This document shows, in pieces, positions 19,747-29,113 of a stretch of DNA of 64,000 bases (its first letter is position 1; every line of letters begins with the position of its first letter). The notes below the pieces were generated by a model. It searched no databases. It was not told the DNA's origin and was given only the letters and a program-made list of their open reading frames with translations. Location of the stretch: assembly GCA_023430325.1 (NCBI GenBank), contig JAEZAU010000233.1, forward strand, positions 11,613-75,612, given 5' to 3'. The stretch comes from Bacteroidota bacterium. GTDB taxonomy: Bacteria; Bacteroidota; Bacteroidia; Flavobacteriales_F; PHOS-HE28. A program made the translations under genes and the position numbers.

Positions 19747-19864
19747 ACTCTGTGTAGAGTTGCTGTTCCTTCATTCCATTGGTGAAGAACCAGCCGAAGC
19801 GGTCATTGAACCACTTGTCGAACCTAGTCAGACGACCACGGAGATAATTGTAAGCAGATAACAT
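19747..19864 (-). CDS. Unannotated 39-aa small ORF (MLSAYNYLRGRLTRFDKWFNDRFGWFFTNGMKEQQLYTE), hypothetical
   Basis: ATG-initiated ORF in an otherwise non-coding 220-nt gap; W/F-rich amphipathic peptide; below the 60-aa ORF-track cut-off. Confidence 0.25.
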
Positions 19865-19962
19865 TTTCTTGCAGGTTTAGCTAAGGAACACCAAGGTTAT
19901 GCCGATCGGTATGTCGGAGGCACCGATCGTTCACAACTAATTGCGGTCGATATCAGGACCGG

Positions 19963-20970
19963 TCAGATCCGGACATTCATCACAAGAACACTTCCGGCCA
20001 TATGGGGAAAGAGGGCCATATCGATCGGGGCTTGTGCTCTGCGTATGAGATCGAGCATTCCCAATGAAAGTTCATGGGACCGATCGCGCCCCATCAATAC
20101 TTTGCGATACTCCGTCTGTTTCTCTCCCTCCGTACGAACATCAGCCGACTTGATCGCCTCATACATCCGATCCGCCCGTTCAGATGCGAAGGGAAGCGCC
20201 ATTTGAATGGTCCACTCCGTGAGATCGTGGGTGAGAACGATCAATGGTGTACCGGTCTGACCAAGGGTATCACTAAGGGCTTCAAGTGCATTAAGGAAAG
20301 CATTGGCATGACGTTCGGCGTCCACCTCATGGGTCACCATGGAATGAAGTACGCTTTGAATTGTAGGGCTCAGCTCTCCATGATAGGCCAATATGCAACC
20401 AGGTGCCCGTTCGTTCATTGGTCTACTCCCTTTGGGATCGACGCTTTTTCCCACGAAAAGGTCAAGCTTGAACAATGGAACATCACCTGTTCCATTTTCA
20501 AAAATGTATTTGATCCCATTAGCGGATCTACGGGCCATCTCAATAAGGCCAAGGCCGGCTCCTCCCCGCTGGGATGTGCTCTCTCCCTGCAACCTGCGAA
20601 GGAACATTTCCTTCAACTGCTTCAGATCGTTATTGCGATCGATACCGGCAAGCATCTCCTTGAAGATCTGAACCTCCTCATTACGGACAGGGTTCGAAGC
20701 GGAGATCAGGTATCCACCAGGTACACTCTTCAACTGCAGGGATCGCCCTTCTTCCTGCGGAGCACTGTGGCGGATGATGTTCTGGTATGCTTCCACCAGG
20801 ATGAACGCAAGCCTTCTGGCCGTTGGGCCATCATCATGCAAAGCGGTAAGCGCCTCTGCAAGAGAGATGAGCAGTGCCGAGTGATCCTCTGGAAAGCGGC
20901 CTCCATAGTAGAAACCGGCCCTGTGGCGTGCCAGATCTTCGAACAACTGACGTACGCCCGCGAGGTCCAT
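19963..20970 (-). CDS. SiaB-like (DUF6272-type) GHKL serine-kinase domain fused to a C-terminal domain of unknown function (hypothetical)
   Basis: N-terminal half: ...RRLAFILVEAYQNIIRHS... plus G-box RGGAGLGLIEMARRS (RsbW/SpoIIAB/SiaB-like HATPase); C-terminal ~170 aa unrecognised; start set at MDLAGV to avoid a 53-nt overlap with the upstream gene. Confidence 0.5.
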   Translation of the reverse strand: MDLAGVRQLFEDLARHRAGFYYGGRFPEDHSALLISLAEALTALHDDGPTARRLAFILVEAYQNIIRHSAPQEEGRSLQLKSVPGGYLISASNPVRNEEVQIFKEMLAGIDRNNDLKQLKEMFLRRLQGESTSQRGGAGLGLIEMARRSANGIKYIFENGTGDVPLFKLDLFVGKSVDPKGSRPMNERAPGCILAYHGELSPTIQSVLHSMVTHEVDAERHANAFLNALEALSDTLGQTGTPLIVLTHDLTEWTIQMALPFASERADRMYEAIKSADVRTEGEKQTEYRKVLMGRDRSHELSLGMLDLIRRAQAPIDMALFPHMAGSVLVMNVRI

Positions 20971-21007
20971 GCAGGCCACCAAATTAATTACTGACGCCCA
21001 GTACGCT

Positions 21008-22642
21008 TCAGTTGGCCACCGGTGAAAGTTTGATCGCCCGGGTCTGCGCATGGTGAACATGGCTGAAGATCATGATCCCACTGATCCATCGCGCACCGAC
21101 GGATGCATACCCGTTGCTATCAGCCATGCCCCCTGCAACGCGGCGACCGGAGAGATCCAGCAGTTCCCAGGGTGTTCCTGCATCCACGGGACCAATGGTG
21201 TAAAGATCACCGATGGATCTCACGGTGATATTTACAGGACGTACGTCAAGATGGACCAGACCGGCCTGGCTGGTGTGCTGATCTTCAATACGCATAAGGC
21301 GATAGATGTTCGCGCCCAGGAGGGGAGCTCGATCTCTATGGACCACAGGACCCAAGATGCCGGCATCGAATTCCTCCAGCACTTCGAAAGGCTCAACACC
21401 ATCCGATCGTTCCAGCCGGTATTCGGCGACCTCTTCCGCATTCCACCGAAGTACTACATCGCCATCCAACACTTCACCGGTGAGATCCGTGGTGGGCATA
21501 TTGAGCGGAATACAACCCACAGCAGTGATCACGGAATTCGCCGAGTTGGAAACCGGACACACCTGATCGGAGGTCTGCAGAACGATATTGAGCGGATAGG
21601 ACACGTTCTGTGGAGACCAGCAGAAGGTCGCAGTGGCGGGATTGTTCCCGTTCACCAGGAGGGTTGAACCGGGCATCTGCGCGAGTGCATTGGTCCAAAC
21701 GGCGATGTCGGAACTGGGGTCATTATCGGTGAAGAGGATGTCCACACAGAATGGAACGCCCTCGCAGATCGATATCTGGTTGCTTCCGGTGATGTAGCTC
21801 CCTTGGGCATTGCTCAAGCCGGCAAAGGTGGGCGCAGCACCATCACAGGAAGGTACAATGAACATCATGTCATACATCACTCTACCGATAATTTCACCGG
21901 ATGGTTTGTAAGATGTCACTTGAAGTACTACTGTGTAATAACCGCCGATGGTCGGGGTGAAAGTGATCTGCCCGGTATTGCTGTTCAGTGTGATCCCCGG
22001 TATGGGCAAATTACCTGTATAACCCGAATTATAATTCACAGGTGTAGGTGTCGGCGTGGCGTACTGGGCACTGATCAAGGAATAATTCAATGCATGCCCA
22101 TCGGGATCGACCACTCCGGCATTATAGGACATGGGGCTGTTCACGCATACGAAGGGTACTCCGGCGGTCGAGAACACGGGGGAATTATCACAAAAGCCTC
22201 CCGTGTTGTTCAAGGTCGCATTCACGTACATTCCTTGATCGCTCGGCATGTTGACCATGGAATTACGGCAGCAATTGTTCCAATGGATATTCCAAAAATT
22301 ACAGGGTGAGAGGTAGGTCTGCACCTCAAAGCGATGGTATTTGAAACCCGGCAAAGTACCTCCACTACACGTTGTGTTGTTCACCTGCTGGGGGCAGACC
22401 GGCGAATGATCCACTGTGAGCACAGGCAAAAGATTGGTGATGCTGAAAGTGGTACCGCATGAACTGGTGAAGTTCAAAGTCTGAGGGATCATCGGCTGCC
22501 CGGCGCAATCCAGGTAGAGTTCCAGGATGACCTTGTAATTATTGCTCCCAAGGCACTGATAGGTGATGGAACCGCCGGAAAAATGTTCAGACCTGGCCGT
22601 GAAGGCAAGAAGGATGAATATGAACGATGACCAACGCGCCAT
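21008..22642 (-). CDS. Secreted Cys-rich protein with T9SS type-A C-terminal sorting domain (putative adhesin/cargo)
   Basis: Signal peptide MARWSSFIFILLAFTA; Cys-patterned N-terminal domain (ITYQCLG…YKVILELYLDCAG); FN3-like segment; C-terminal ~80 aa resemble the T9SS sorting domain. Confidence 0.65.
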   Translation of the reverse strand: MARWSSFIFILLAFTARSEHFSGGSITYQCLGSNNYKVILELYLDCAGQPMIPQTLNFTSSCGTTFSITNLLPVLTVDHSPVCPQQVNNTTCSGGTLPGFKYHRFEVQTYLSPCNFWNIHWNNCCRNSMVNMPSDQGMYVNATLNNTGGFCDNSPVFSTAGVPFVCVNSPMSYNAGVVDPDGHALNYSLISAQYATPTPTPVNYNSGYTGNLPIPGITLNSNTGQITFTPTIGGYYTVVLQVTSYKPSGEIIGRVMYDMMFIVPSCDGAAPTFAGLSNAQGSYITGSNQISICEGVPFCVDILFTDNDPSSDIAVWTNALAQMPGSTLLVNGNNPATATFCWSPQNVSYPLNIVLQTSDQVCPVSNSANSVITAVGCIPLNMPTTDLTGEVLDGDVVLRWNAEEVAEYRLERSDGVEPFEVLEEFDAGILGPVVHRDRAPLLGANIYRLMRIEDQHTSQAGLVHLDVRPVNITVRSIGDLYTIGPVDAGTPWELLDLSGRRVAGGMADSNGYASVGARWISGIMIFSHVHHAQTRAIKLSPVAN

Positions 22643-22827
22643 TGTCTATCATCCTTGGGATCGGCTTTGCGATCGACTTGAAATTGAAAAGTAAAGATAG
22701 GGTCGAAAGTTGTTGCCAGCCAATATTTCATGGAACATGAAGATCACGTGAATGCTCCTGGGTCGGATCAAAGACGTGGGTCAGCTTCGGCAATGGCCGA
22801 TCATAAAGCAAAGGCTAACTTCGCAGA

Positions 22828-25725
22828 ATGGCCGAAAATGAGGGTGGCATCACCGCCGAAGCCACAGCTGACGTGGCATTGCAGTCAGAAGCAACACCGA
22901 TATCCCCCGCTGTGGACAAGCGGCTTTTCCTGCTTGATGCATATGCCCTGATCTACCGCGCGTACTTCAGCTTCATAAAAGCACCGCGGGTCAACAGCAA
23001 CAGGCTCAATACCAGTGCGGCCTTCGGCTTCACGCTGGCCCTGCTCGATCTGATCAAGCGCGAGAAGCCTACCCACATGGCGGTGGTCTTCGATTGTGCT
23101 GGACCTACGGATCGGCACAGTGCTCTGGTGGAATACAAGGCGAACCGTCAGGAGATGCCTGATGACATCCGCAGCAACCTTCCTTACATCCGCCGCATAG
23201 TCGAGGCCTTCAAGATCCCGATCCTCGAATGTGAAGGATATGAAGCGGATGATGTGATCGGTACTCTTGCGAAAAAGGCCGAGAAAGAGAGTTACATTAC
23301 TTACATGGTGACGCCCGATAAGGATTTCGGGCAACTCGTCTCCGACAAGGTCCTGATCTATAAACCCGGCCGCCAGGGATCACCACCCGAAGTGCTTGGC
23401 GTAAAGGAAGTCTGCGATCGCTGGGGGCTTGAACGGCCTGAGCAGGTGGCCGACATTCTCGGATTGATGGGCGATTCCGTGGATAATATTCCAGGCATCC
23501 CCGGGATCGGCGAAAAGACGGCGATAAAGCTGGTGCAACAGTTCGGAAGCCTGGAAGAAGTGATCGCAAAGGCCGATCAATTGAAAGGCAAGCAACAGGA
23601 GAACGTGAAGCAATTCGCGGTACAAGGCATCCTTTCCAAGCAATTAGCCACCATACTGATCGATGCACCCGTTGAACTGGACCATGATTCCCTGTTGCTG
23701 GAGCCCCCCGATAAGGAAAAAGTGCTGGAGGTCTTCAGTGAACTGGAATTCCGCCAGCTTACGCGCACCGTCCTTGGTGAAGATGCCGCAGTACTTGGCA
23801 ATGCGGCCATGCCGGCGGAAGCAGCGCCAAAGCGAAAGACCACCAACACATCGGATCAGATCGACCTTTTCGGCGATGATACTGAAGCACCGGAGATCAA
23901 GGCCGTCGATCTGGCTACGATCCATACAGTACAGCATGAATACAGGATCCTGCGAACGGCTGAAGAGCACCAGCAACTCGCGGATCTACTGGCCCGGCAA
24001 AGTTGTTTCTGTTTCGACACGGAGACCGATGACCTGGACCTGCGCCGCTCTTCGACCGTAGGCCTGTCATTCTCCTTCAAGCCGCATCAGGCCTATTACA
24101 TTCCAGTTCCTGCGGAGAAGGAGGAAGCCCAGGTCATCGTGGACCGATTCCGATCGGTGTTCGAAGATCCATCCATCCAGAAAGTCGCCCAGAACCTGAA
24201 GTACGATCTGCTTGTTCTGCTGAAACACGGCATTCGGGTTCAAGGTCACTTGCACGATACCATGATCGCGCATTATCTGCTTCAACCGGAATTGCGCCAT
24301 AACATGGACTACATGTCGGAAACAGTGCTGAAATACCGGCCGATCCCGATCACCGAACTGATCGGCACCAATGTGCGCACTCAGAGATCGCTGAGGGATC
24401 TGCCGATGGAACAAGTGGCGGATTACGCTGCGGAAGATGCTGATGTGACCTGGCAATTGCATGAGAAATTCCAGCCCCGTTTGAAGGATGATGGGTTGAA
24501 GCGACTGTATGAAGAGGTGGAGATGCCGCTCGTTCGTGTGCTTACGGACATGGAAGAGGAAGGGATCCGGTTGGATGTGCCTGCCATGAAAGCCTTCAGC
24601 GAAGAATTGGCGCAGGATATATCGTCACTGGAAAAACAGATCCATGATCATTGCTGCGCGCAGTTCAACATTGATTCACCCAAGCAATTGGGCGACATCC
24701 TTTTTGAGACGCTCAAGATCTCGGAGAAACCCAAAAAGACACGAACAGGTCAATACCAGACGAGTGAAGATGTTCTGACGGAGCTGGCCGATGCACATCC
24801 GGTGATCCCATTGATCCTGGACTATCGCAGCCTGCGCAAATTGAAAGGCACTTACGTGGATCCACTTCCGACAATGGTCGACAAGCGTACAGGCCGCATA
24901 CATACTCATTACCGCCAGGCGGTCGCTGCGACTGGCCGTTTGAGCAGCGAGGATCCGAACCTGCAGAACATCCCAATCCGCACCGAAAAAGGCCGCGAGA
25001 TCCGCAAGGCATTCGTACCCCGGGATGAGAACCATCTGCTATTAAGCGCAGATTACAGCCAGATCGAGCTTCGCGTCATTGCCCATATGAGCGGAGATGA
25101 GGGCCTGCAGGAAGCATTCGGCCAGGGCATGGACATCCATGCGGCCACAGCGGCCAAGGTGTTCAAGGTGGATGCATCCGAAGTGGATCGCGCCCAACGC
25201 AGCAAGGCCAAGGCAGTGAACTTCGGTATCGCTTATGGCCAGGGGGCTTTCGGTCTCAGCCAGGTGCTGAAGATCCCACGCTCAGAAGCCAAACAGATCA
25301 TCGACGACTATTTCGCTCAATTCCCCGGTGTGCGCAGATATATGGAAACACAGATCGGCTTTGCGCGCACACATGGATATGTGAAGACTATGCTCGATCG
25401 GCGCCGCTACCTCCCCGACATCAATTCAGCTAATGCGACCGTACGGGCTTCCGCTGAACGCGTGGCGATCAATGCGCCCATGCAGGGAACGGCAGCAGAT
25501 ATCATCAAGCTGGCCATGGTGAGGATACATGAGCAAATGACACGTGAAAAGCTGAAGAGCAAGCTTTTGCTGCAAGTGCATGACGAATTGGTCTTCGATG
25601 TGGAACTTTCAGAAGCGGATCACGTAAAGACCTTGGTAAGGGAGCATATGGAGAATGCCCTGCCATTGGATGTACCGCTCGTTGTTGACATGCAGTTGGG
25701 GAAAAACTGGCTGGAAGCACACTGA
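22828..25725 (+). CDS. polA: DNA polymerase I
   Basis: 5'-3' exonuclease N-terminus (LLDAYALIYRAYF), 3'-5' exonuclease and polymerase motifs A/B/C (…DYSQIELR…, …KAVNFGIAYG…, …QVHDELV…), 965 aa. Confidence 0.95.
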   Translation: MAENEGGITAEATADVALQSEATPISPAVDKRLFLLDAYALIYRAYFSFIKAPRVNSNRLNTSAAFGFTLALLDLIKREKPTHMAVVFDCAGPTDRHSALVEYKANRQEMPDDIRSNLPYIRRIVEAFKIPILECEGYEADDVIGTLAKKAEKESYITYMVTPDKDFGQLVSDKVLIYKPGRQGSPPEVLGVKEVCDRWGLERPEQVADILGLMGDSVDNIPGIPGIGEKTAIKLVQQFGSLEEVIAKADQLKGKQQENVKQFAVQGILSKQLATILIDAPVELDHDSLLLEPPDKEKVLEVFSELEFRQLTRTVLGEDAAVLGNAAMPAEAAPKRKTTNTSDQIDLFGDDTEAPEIKAVDLATIHTVQHEYRILRTAEEHQQLADLLARQSCFCFDTETDDLDLRRSSTVGLSFSFKPHQAYYIPVPAEKEEAQVIVDRFRSVFEDPSIQKVAQNLKYDLLVLLKHGIRVQGHLHDTMIAHYLLQPELRHNMDYMSETVLKYRPIPITELIGTNVRTQRSLRDLPMEQVADYAAEDADVTWQLHEKFQPRLKDDGLKRLYEEVEMPLVRVLTDMEEEGIRLDVPAMKAFSEELAQDISSLEKQIHDHCCAQFNIDSPKQLGDILFETLKISEKPKKTRTGQYQTSEDVLTELADAHPVIPLILDYRSLRKLKGTYVDPLPTMVDKRTGRIHTHYRQAVAATGRLSSEDPNLQNIPIRTEKGREIRKAFVPRDENHLLLSADYSQIELRVIAHMSGDEGLQEAFGQGMDIHAATAAKVFKVDASEVDRAQRSKAKAVNFGIAYGQGAFGLSQVLKIPRSEAKQIIDDYFAQFPGVRRYMETQIGFARTHGYVKTMLDRRRYLPDINSANATVRASAERVAINAPMQGTAADIIKLAMVRIHEQMTREKLKSKLLLQVHDELVFDVELSEADHVKTLVREHMENALPLDVPLVVDMQLGKNWLEAH

Positions 25726-25771
25726 CGGTCCAGCGGCAGGGGTGGACCTTTACACCACTCCCGATCCGAAA

Positions 25772-26662
25772 ATGACCGTGATCCCTTTCAACCACTTGCT
25801 CCTGCTTCTCGCAGTGGCCCTGCTAACTTCCTGTGGTGGCACGCAACCGCAACAGGAGCCTCTGATCGTGGATCAGCAGGACACGATCGTGCAGAATACG
25901 CGGCTGCAGAAGACCAGGAAGATCTTCTACAACATTCCATCGCCGATGGAGACCGCCGCGCTGCTGAAAAAAGCGGGAGCCAAATACAACAACAAGATCC
26001 TTAATGATGTAAAGACCGTGGATCGGTACACGGCCGCCAGCAGCCAGGCGCTCAATCTTGGCGTTTATGGTGCAGACCTGAGCTATGCCAGCGTATTCAA
26101 CCAGACGCAGGAAAGCATGTTCTACACGGCTGCAACGCAGAAGCTGGCCGACCGGCTGGGGCTCACGAACGCCTTCGACCAGAATACGCTGGACCGGATG
26201 GAGAAGAACATGAACGATCGGGACTCCCTGCTGAACATCATCAGCGAGACCTATTGGAACATGGATGCCTACCTCAAGGAGAACGATCGGGCGGATATCA
26301 GCGCGCTCATGATCGCCGGCGGATGGATCGAAGGTCTCTATATCGCGACACAGGTGGCAGGCACCAACAGCTCCCCGGAGCTACTCCAACGCATCGCGGA
26401 ACAAAAACTATCCCTGAAAGATCTCATCGCATTGATCGACACGTACACTTCTGACGATGCGACATTGAAGACGACGCGCGCCGATCTGATCTCCCTGCTG
26501 GATCTTTTCGCCAACGTACAGCCCGGCAGTAGCGGGAATATGACCCAGGAGAACGGTGTAACAGTGATCGGCGGTGGAGGTACGGCCGCCACCATGACCA
26601 GGGAGCAGTTTGCACCCATTGCGGCACGCACCGCAGAGATCCGCAACAAGATCATTAATTGA
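25772..26662 (+). CDS. Hypothetical lipoprotein
   Basis: Lipobox signal MTVIPFNHLLLLLAVALLTSC; no recognisable catalytic motifs; start chosen at internal ATG after the polA stop. Confidence 0.5.
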   Translation: MTVIPFNHLLLLLAVALLTSCGGTQPQQEPLIVDQQDTIVQNTRLQKTRKIFYNIPSPMETAALLKKAGAKYNNKILNDVKTVDRYTAASSQALNLGVYGADLSYASVFNQTQESMFYTAATQKLADRLGLTNAFDQNTLDRMEKNMNDRDSLLNIISETYWNMDAYLKENDRADISALMIAGGWIEGLYIATQVAGTNSSPELLQRIAEQKLSLKDLIALIDTYTSDDATLKTTRADLISLLDLFANVQPGSSGNMTQENGVTVIGGGGTAATMTREQFAPIAARTAEIRNKIIN

Positions 26663-26667
26663 CAGGC

Positions 26668-27108
26668 ATGCAGATGCAACGTTCCATAGCCGCAAAGCTC
26701 ATCCTCCCGTTCCTGCTCATGCTGGTGACAGCGGGCGTGCATGCACAATGCCGGAGCTTCGCGAAGAACAAATGCGTTCCGCAACTGGCGCCGTACAAGT
26801 TCAACGAATCATTCAATGCCGCACAACTCTCCCCCGGCGATGAAGCTGAGGTGAACCTTACGTTCTATAGCGGCCAGGAGTACCGCGTCCTGGTGTGCTC
26901 CCACCCCATCCTGGGTCCGGTGAATTGGAAACTCGTGGACCAGAACAACAAGGCGGTCTTTGAAAGCCTCGCCACCGAACCCAAGGATTTCTTCGATCTG
27001 AAGGCCGCAAGTACCACGCAGATGAAGGTGGTGGTGTGGGTGCCTGAGAAAGAGACCACCATGATGCACGTAGGTTGCGTGGGCATCCTCGTGGGCTTCA
27101 AGGAGTGA
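26668..27108 (+). CDS. Hypothetical secreted protein
   Basis: Signal peptide MQMQRSIAAKLILPFLLMLVTAGVHAQ; overlaps or abuts the upstream lipoprotein gene (probably co-transcribed). Confidence 0.5.
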   Translation: MQMQRSIAAKLILPFLLMLVTAGVHAQCRSFAKNKCVPQLAPYKFNESFNAAQLSPGDEAEVNLTFYSGQEYRVLVCSHPILGPVNWKLVDQNNKAVFESLATEPKDFFDLKAASTTQMKVVVWVPEKETTMMHVGCVGILVGFKE

Positions 27109-27127
27109 ACCGATCCGTCATTTTGTG

Positions 27128-27152
27128 AAAGGTCCTTTATCAGGACCTTTTT
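27128..27152 (+). terminator. Hairpin terminator (AAAGGTCCT-TTATC-AGGACCTTT followed by T-run)
   Basis: 9-bp perfect stem plus trailing TTT, 20 nt after the stop of the 26668..27108 gene. Confidence 0.65.
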
Positions 27153-27185
27153 CATTCCATTACTTTCCGTGAATAGCTTCGGCTC

Positions 27186-28349
27186 ATGGATCATCGACTG
27201 GCAGAGCGTTCCGCCCAGGACAAATTGCCGCATGTAGGGACCACCATCTTTTCCGTGATGAGTGCGCTGGCCACAGAGACCGGCGCCATCAACCTGTCGC
27301 AGGGCTTTCCTGACTTCCCGCTGGATCGGAAACTTATCGATCTGGTACATGAAGCAATGGTCCGGGGTCACGACCAATATGCACCGATGCCAGGTCTGCA
27401 GGCGTTGCGTGAAGCGATCTCTCGTAAAGTGGCCAGGACCCGTGGCGTCAAGATCGACCCTGACTCCGAGATCACGGTAACAGCCGGTGGAACACAGGCG
27501 ATCTTTACTGCACTTGCAGTTACCGTACACAAGGGTGATGAAGTGATCATCCTCGATCCGGCATACGATTGTTATGCGCCAACGGTTGAACTTTTCGGAG
27601 GAATTCCGGTCCACGTACCGCTCGATCGGGACATGAAGCTCGATACACAACGCCTGGAAGCGGCTATTACACCCATAACGCGTGTGCTGATGATCAACAC
27701 TCCGCACAATCCCGGTGGTCGCATCTTGCGTGATACTGACATGCACGATATCGAACGGATGCTACGCGATACGGACATCATGCTGATCAGCGATGAAGTC
27801 TACGAGCACATCATCTTCGATGGTGAAGAACATCGATCGGCCATGCTCTATCCAGGTCTTAAGGAACGGGCATTCATCATCTACAGTTTCGGCAAGACGT
27901 TCCATGCCACCGGCTGGAAACTAGGATATGCAGTGGCACCTGCCGGTCTGATGAAGCTATTCCGGAAAGTTCATCAATTCAATGTTTTCAGTGTGAACAC
28001 TCCTATGCAACATGCGCTCGCGAAATACCTTGAAGATCCTTCACCGTATGAACAGCTTTCCTCATTCTATCAATTGAAACGGGATCATTTTCTCCGCGGC
28101 CTGAAGACATCGCGCTTCAGACCACTTCCTTGTGAGGGTTCCTATTTCATGGTGGCCGACTATTCTTCCATCAGTGATCTTGATGATCTTTCATTTGCGC
28201 GATGGATGGCTCACGAGCATAAGGTGGCGGCCATACCGCTCTCACCTTTCTATAAGGTGCCGCCAGATGATCTGAAACTTGTAAGATTCTGTTTCGCCAA
28301 GCAGGAGAGCACGTTGAACAACGCTATGGAAAGGCTATGCGCGATCTGA
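27186..28349 (+). CDS. ybdL: PLP-dependent aminotransferase class I/II (methionine/glutamine aminotransferase YbdL/KAT-like)
   Basis: INLSQGFPDFP…, …YSFGKTFHATGWKLGY (PLP-Lys region), 387 aa. Confidence 0.8.
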   Translation: MDHRLAERSAQDKLPHVGTTIFSVMSALATETGAINLSQGFPDFPLDRKLIDLVHEAMVRGHDQYAPMPGLQALREAISRKVARTRGVKIDPDSEITVTAGGTQAIFTALAVTVHKGDEVIILDPAYDCYAPTVELFGGIPVHVPLDRDMKLDTQRLEAAITPITRVLMINTPHNPGGRILRDTDMHDIERMLRDTDIMLISDEVYEHIIFDGEEHRSAMLYPGLKERAFIIYSFGKTFHATGWKLGYAVAPAGLMKLFRKVHQFNVFSVNTPMQHALAKYLEDPSPYEQLSSFYQLKRDHFLRGLKTSRFRPLPCEGSYFMVADYSSISDLDDLSFARWMAHEHKVAAIPLSPFYKVPPDDLKLVRFCFAKQESTLNNAMERLCAI

Positions 28350-29113
28350 GAGTAACGCTTGTGCAGACCATGTTGCATTGGGAGGATGCTTCGGCGAACC
28401 GCGATATGTTCACCGAAAAGCTGGCATCGATCGGAGCCACTGACCTTATCGTGCTTCCTGAAATGTTCAACACGGGTTTCACCATGGAAAGTGAACTCTT
28501 CGCTGAGACCATGGATGGGCCCACCGTGGAGTGGATGCGAGGGACGGCGAAGAAGCAGGGTGCGGCCATCTACGGCAGCGCGATCATCAAGGAAGGCGGC
28601 AGTTGTTACAACCGCGGGATCTTTGTCATGCCGGACGGAATGATCGTTCATTATGATAAACGACATCTCTTTCGCATGGCCGGTGAGCACATGCACTATT
28701 CAGCCGGATGGGAGCGCGTTGTGGTGGATCTGAACGGCTGGAAGATCCTGTTACAGGTATGTTACGATCTGCGTTTTCCGGTATTCAGCCGCAACAGGAA
28801 CGACTATGACCTGGTGATCTATGTGGCCAACTGGCCCGAAGCACGGCGCCACGCCTGGAGCAGCTTGTTGATCGCCCGGGCGATCGAGAATCTATCCTAC
28901 TGCGTAGGTGTGAACCGCGTGGGCATGGATGGAAAAGGCATCCACTATACCGGTGATAGCGTGGTCATCGATCCCAGGGGATCGGTCATCGGATCTTGCG
29001 GAACAGCCACGGAATGCATCATGCAGACCACGCTCTCCCATTCCGGTATTCTGGAGTACCGGAAGAAATTCCCTGCGCATCTTGATGCAGATGATCTCTC
29101 GCTGCACATCTAA
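28337..29113 (+). CDS. yafV: Carbon-nitrogen hydrolase (nitrilase superfamily omega-amidase, YafV-like)
   Basis: LRVTLVQT…VLPEMFNTGF (catalytic Glu), …YDKRHLF (Lys), …LQVCYDLRFP (Cys); overlaps the aminotransferase gene by 13 nt. Confidence 0.8.
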   Translation: MRDLRVTLVQTMLHWEDASANRDMFTEKLASIGATDLIVLPEMFNTGFTMESELFAETMDGPTVEWMRGTAKKQGAAIYGSAIIKEGGSCYNRGIFVMPDGMIVHYDKRHLFRMAGEHMHYSAGWERVVVDLNGWKILLQVCYDLRFPVFSRNRNDYDLVIYVANWPEARRHAWSSLLIARAIENLSYCVGVNRVGMDGKGIHYTGDSVVIDPRGSVIGSCGTATECIMQTTLSHSGILEYRKKFPAHLDADDLSLHI

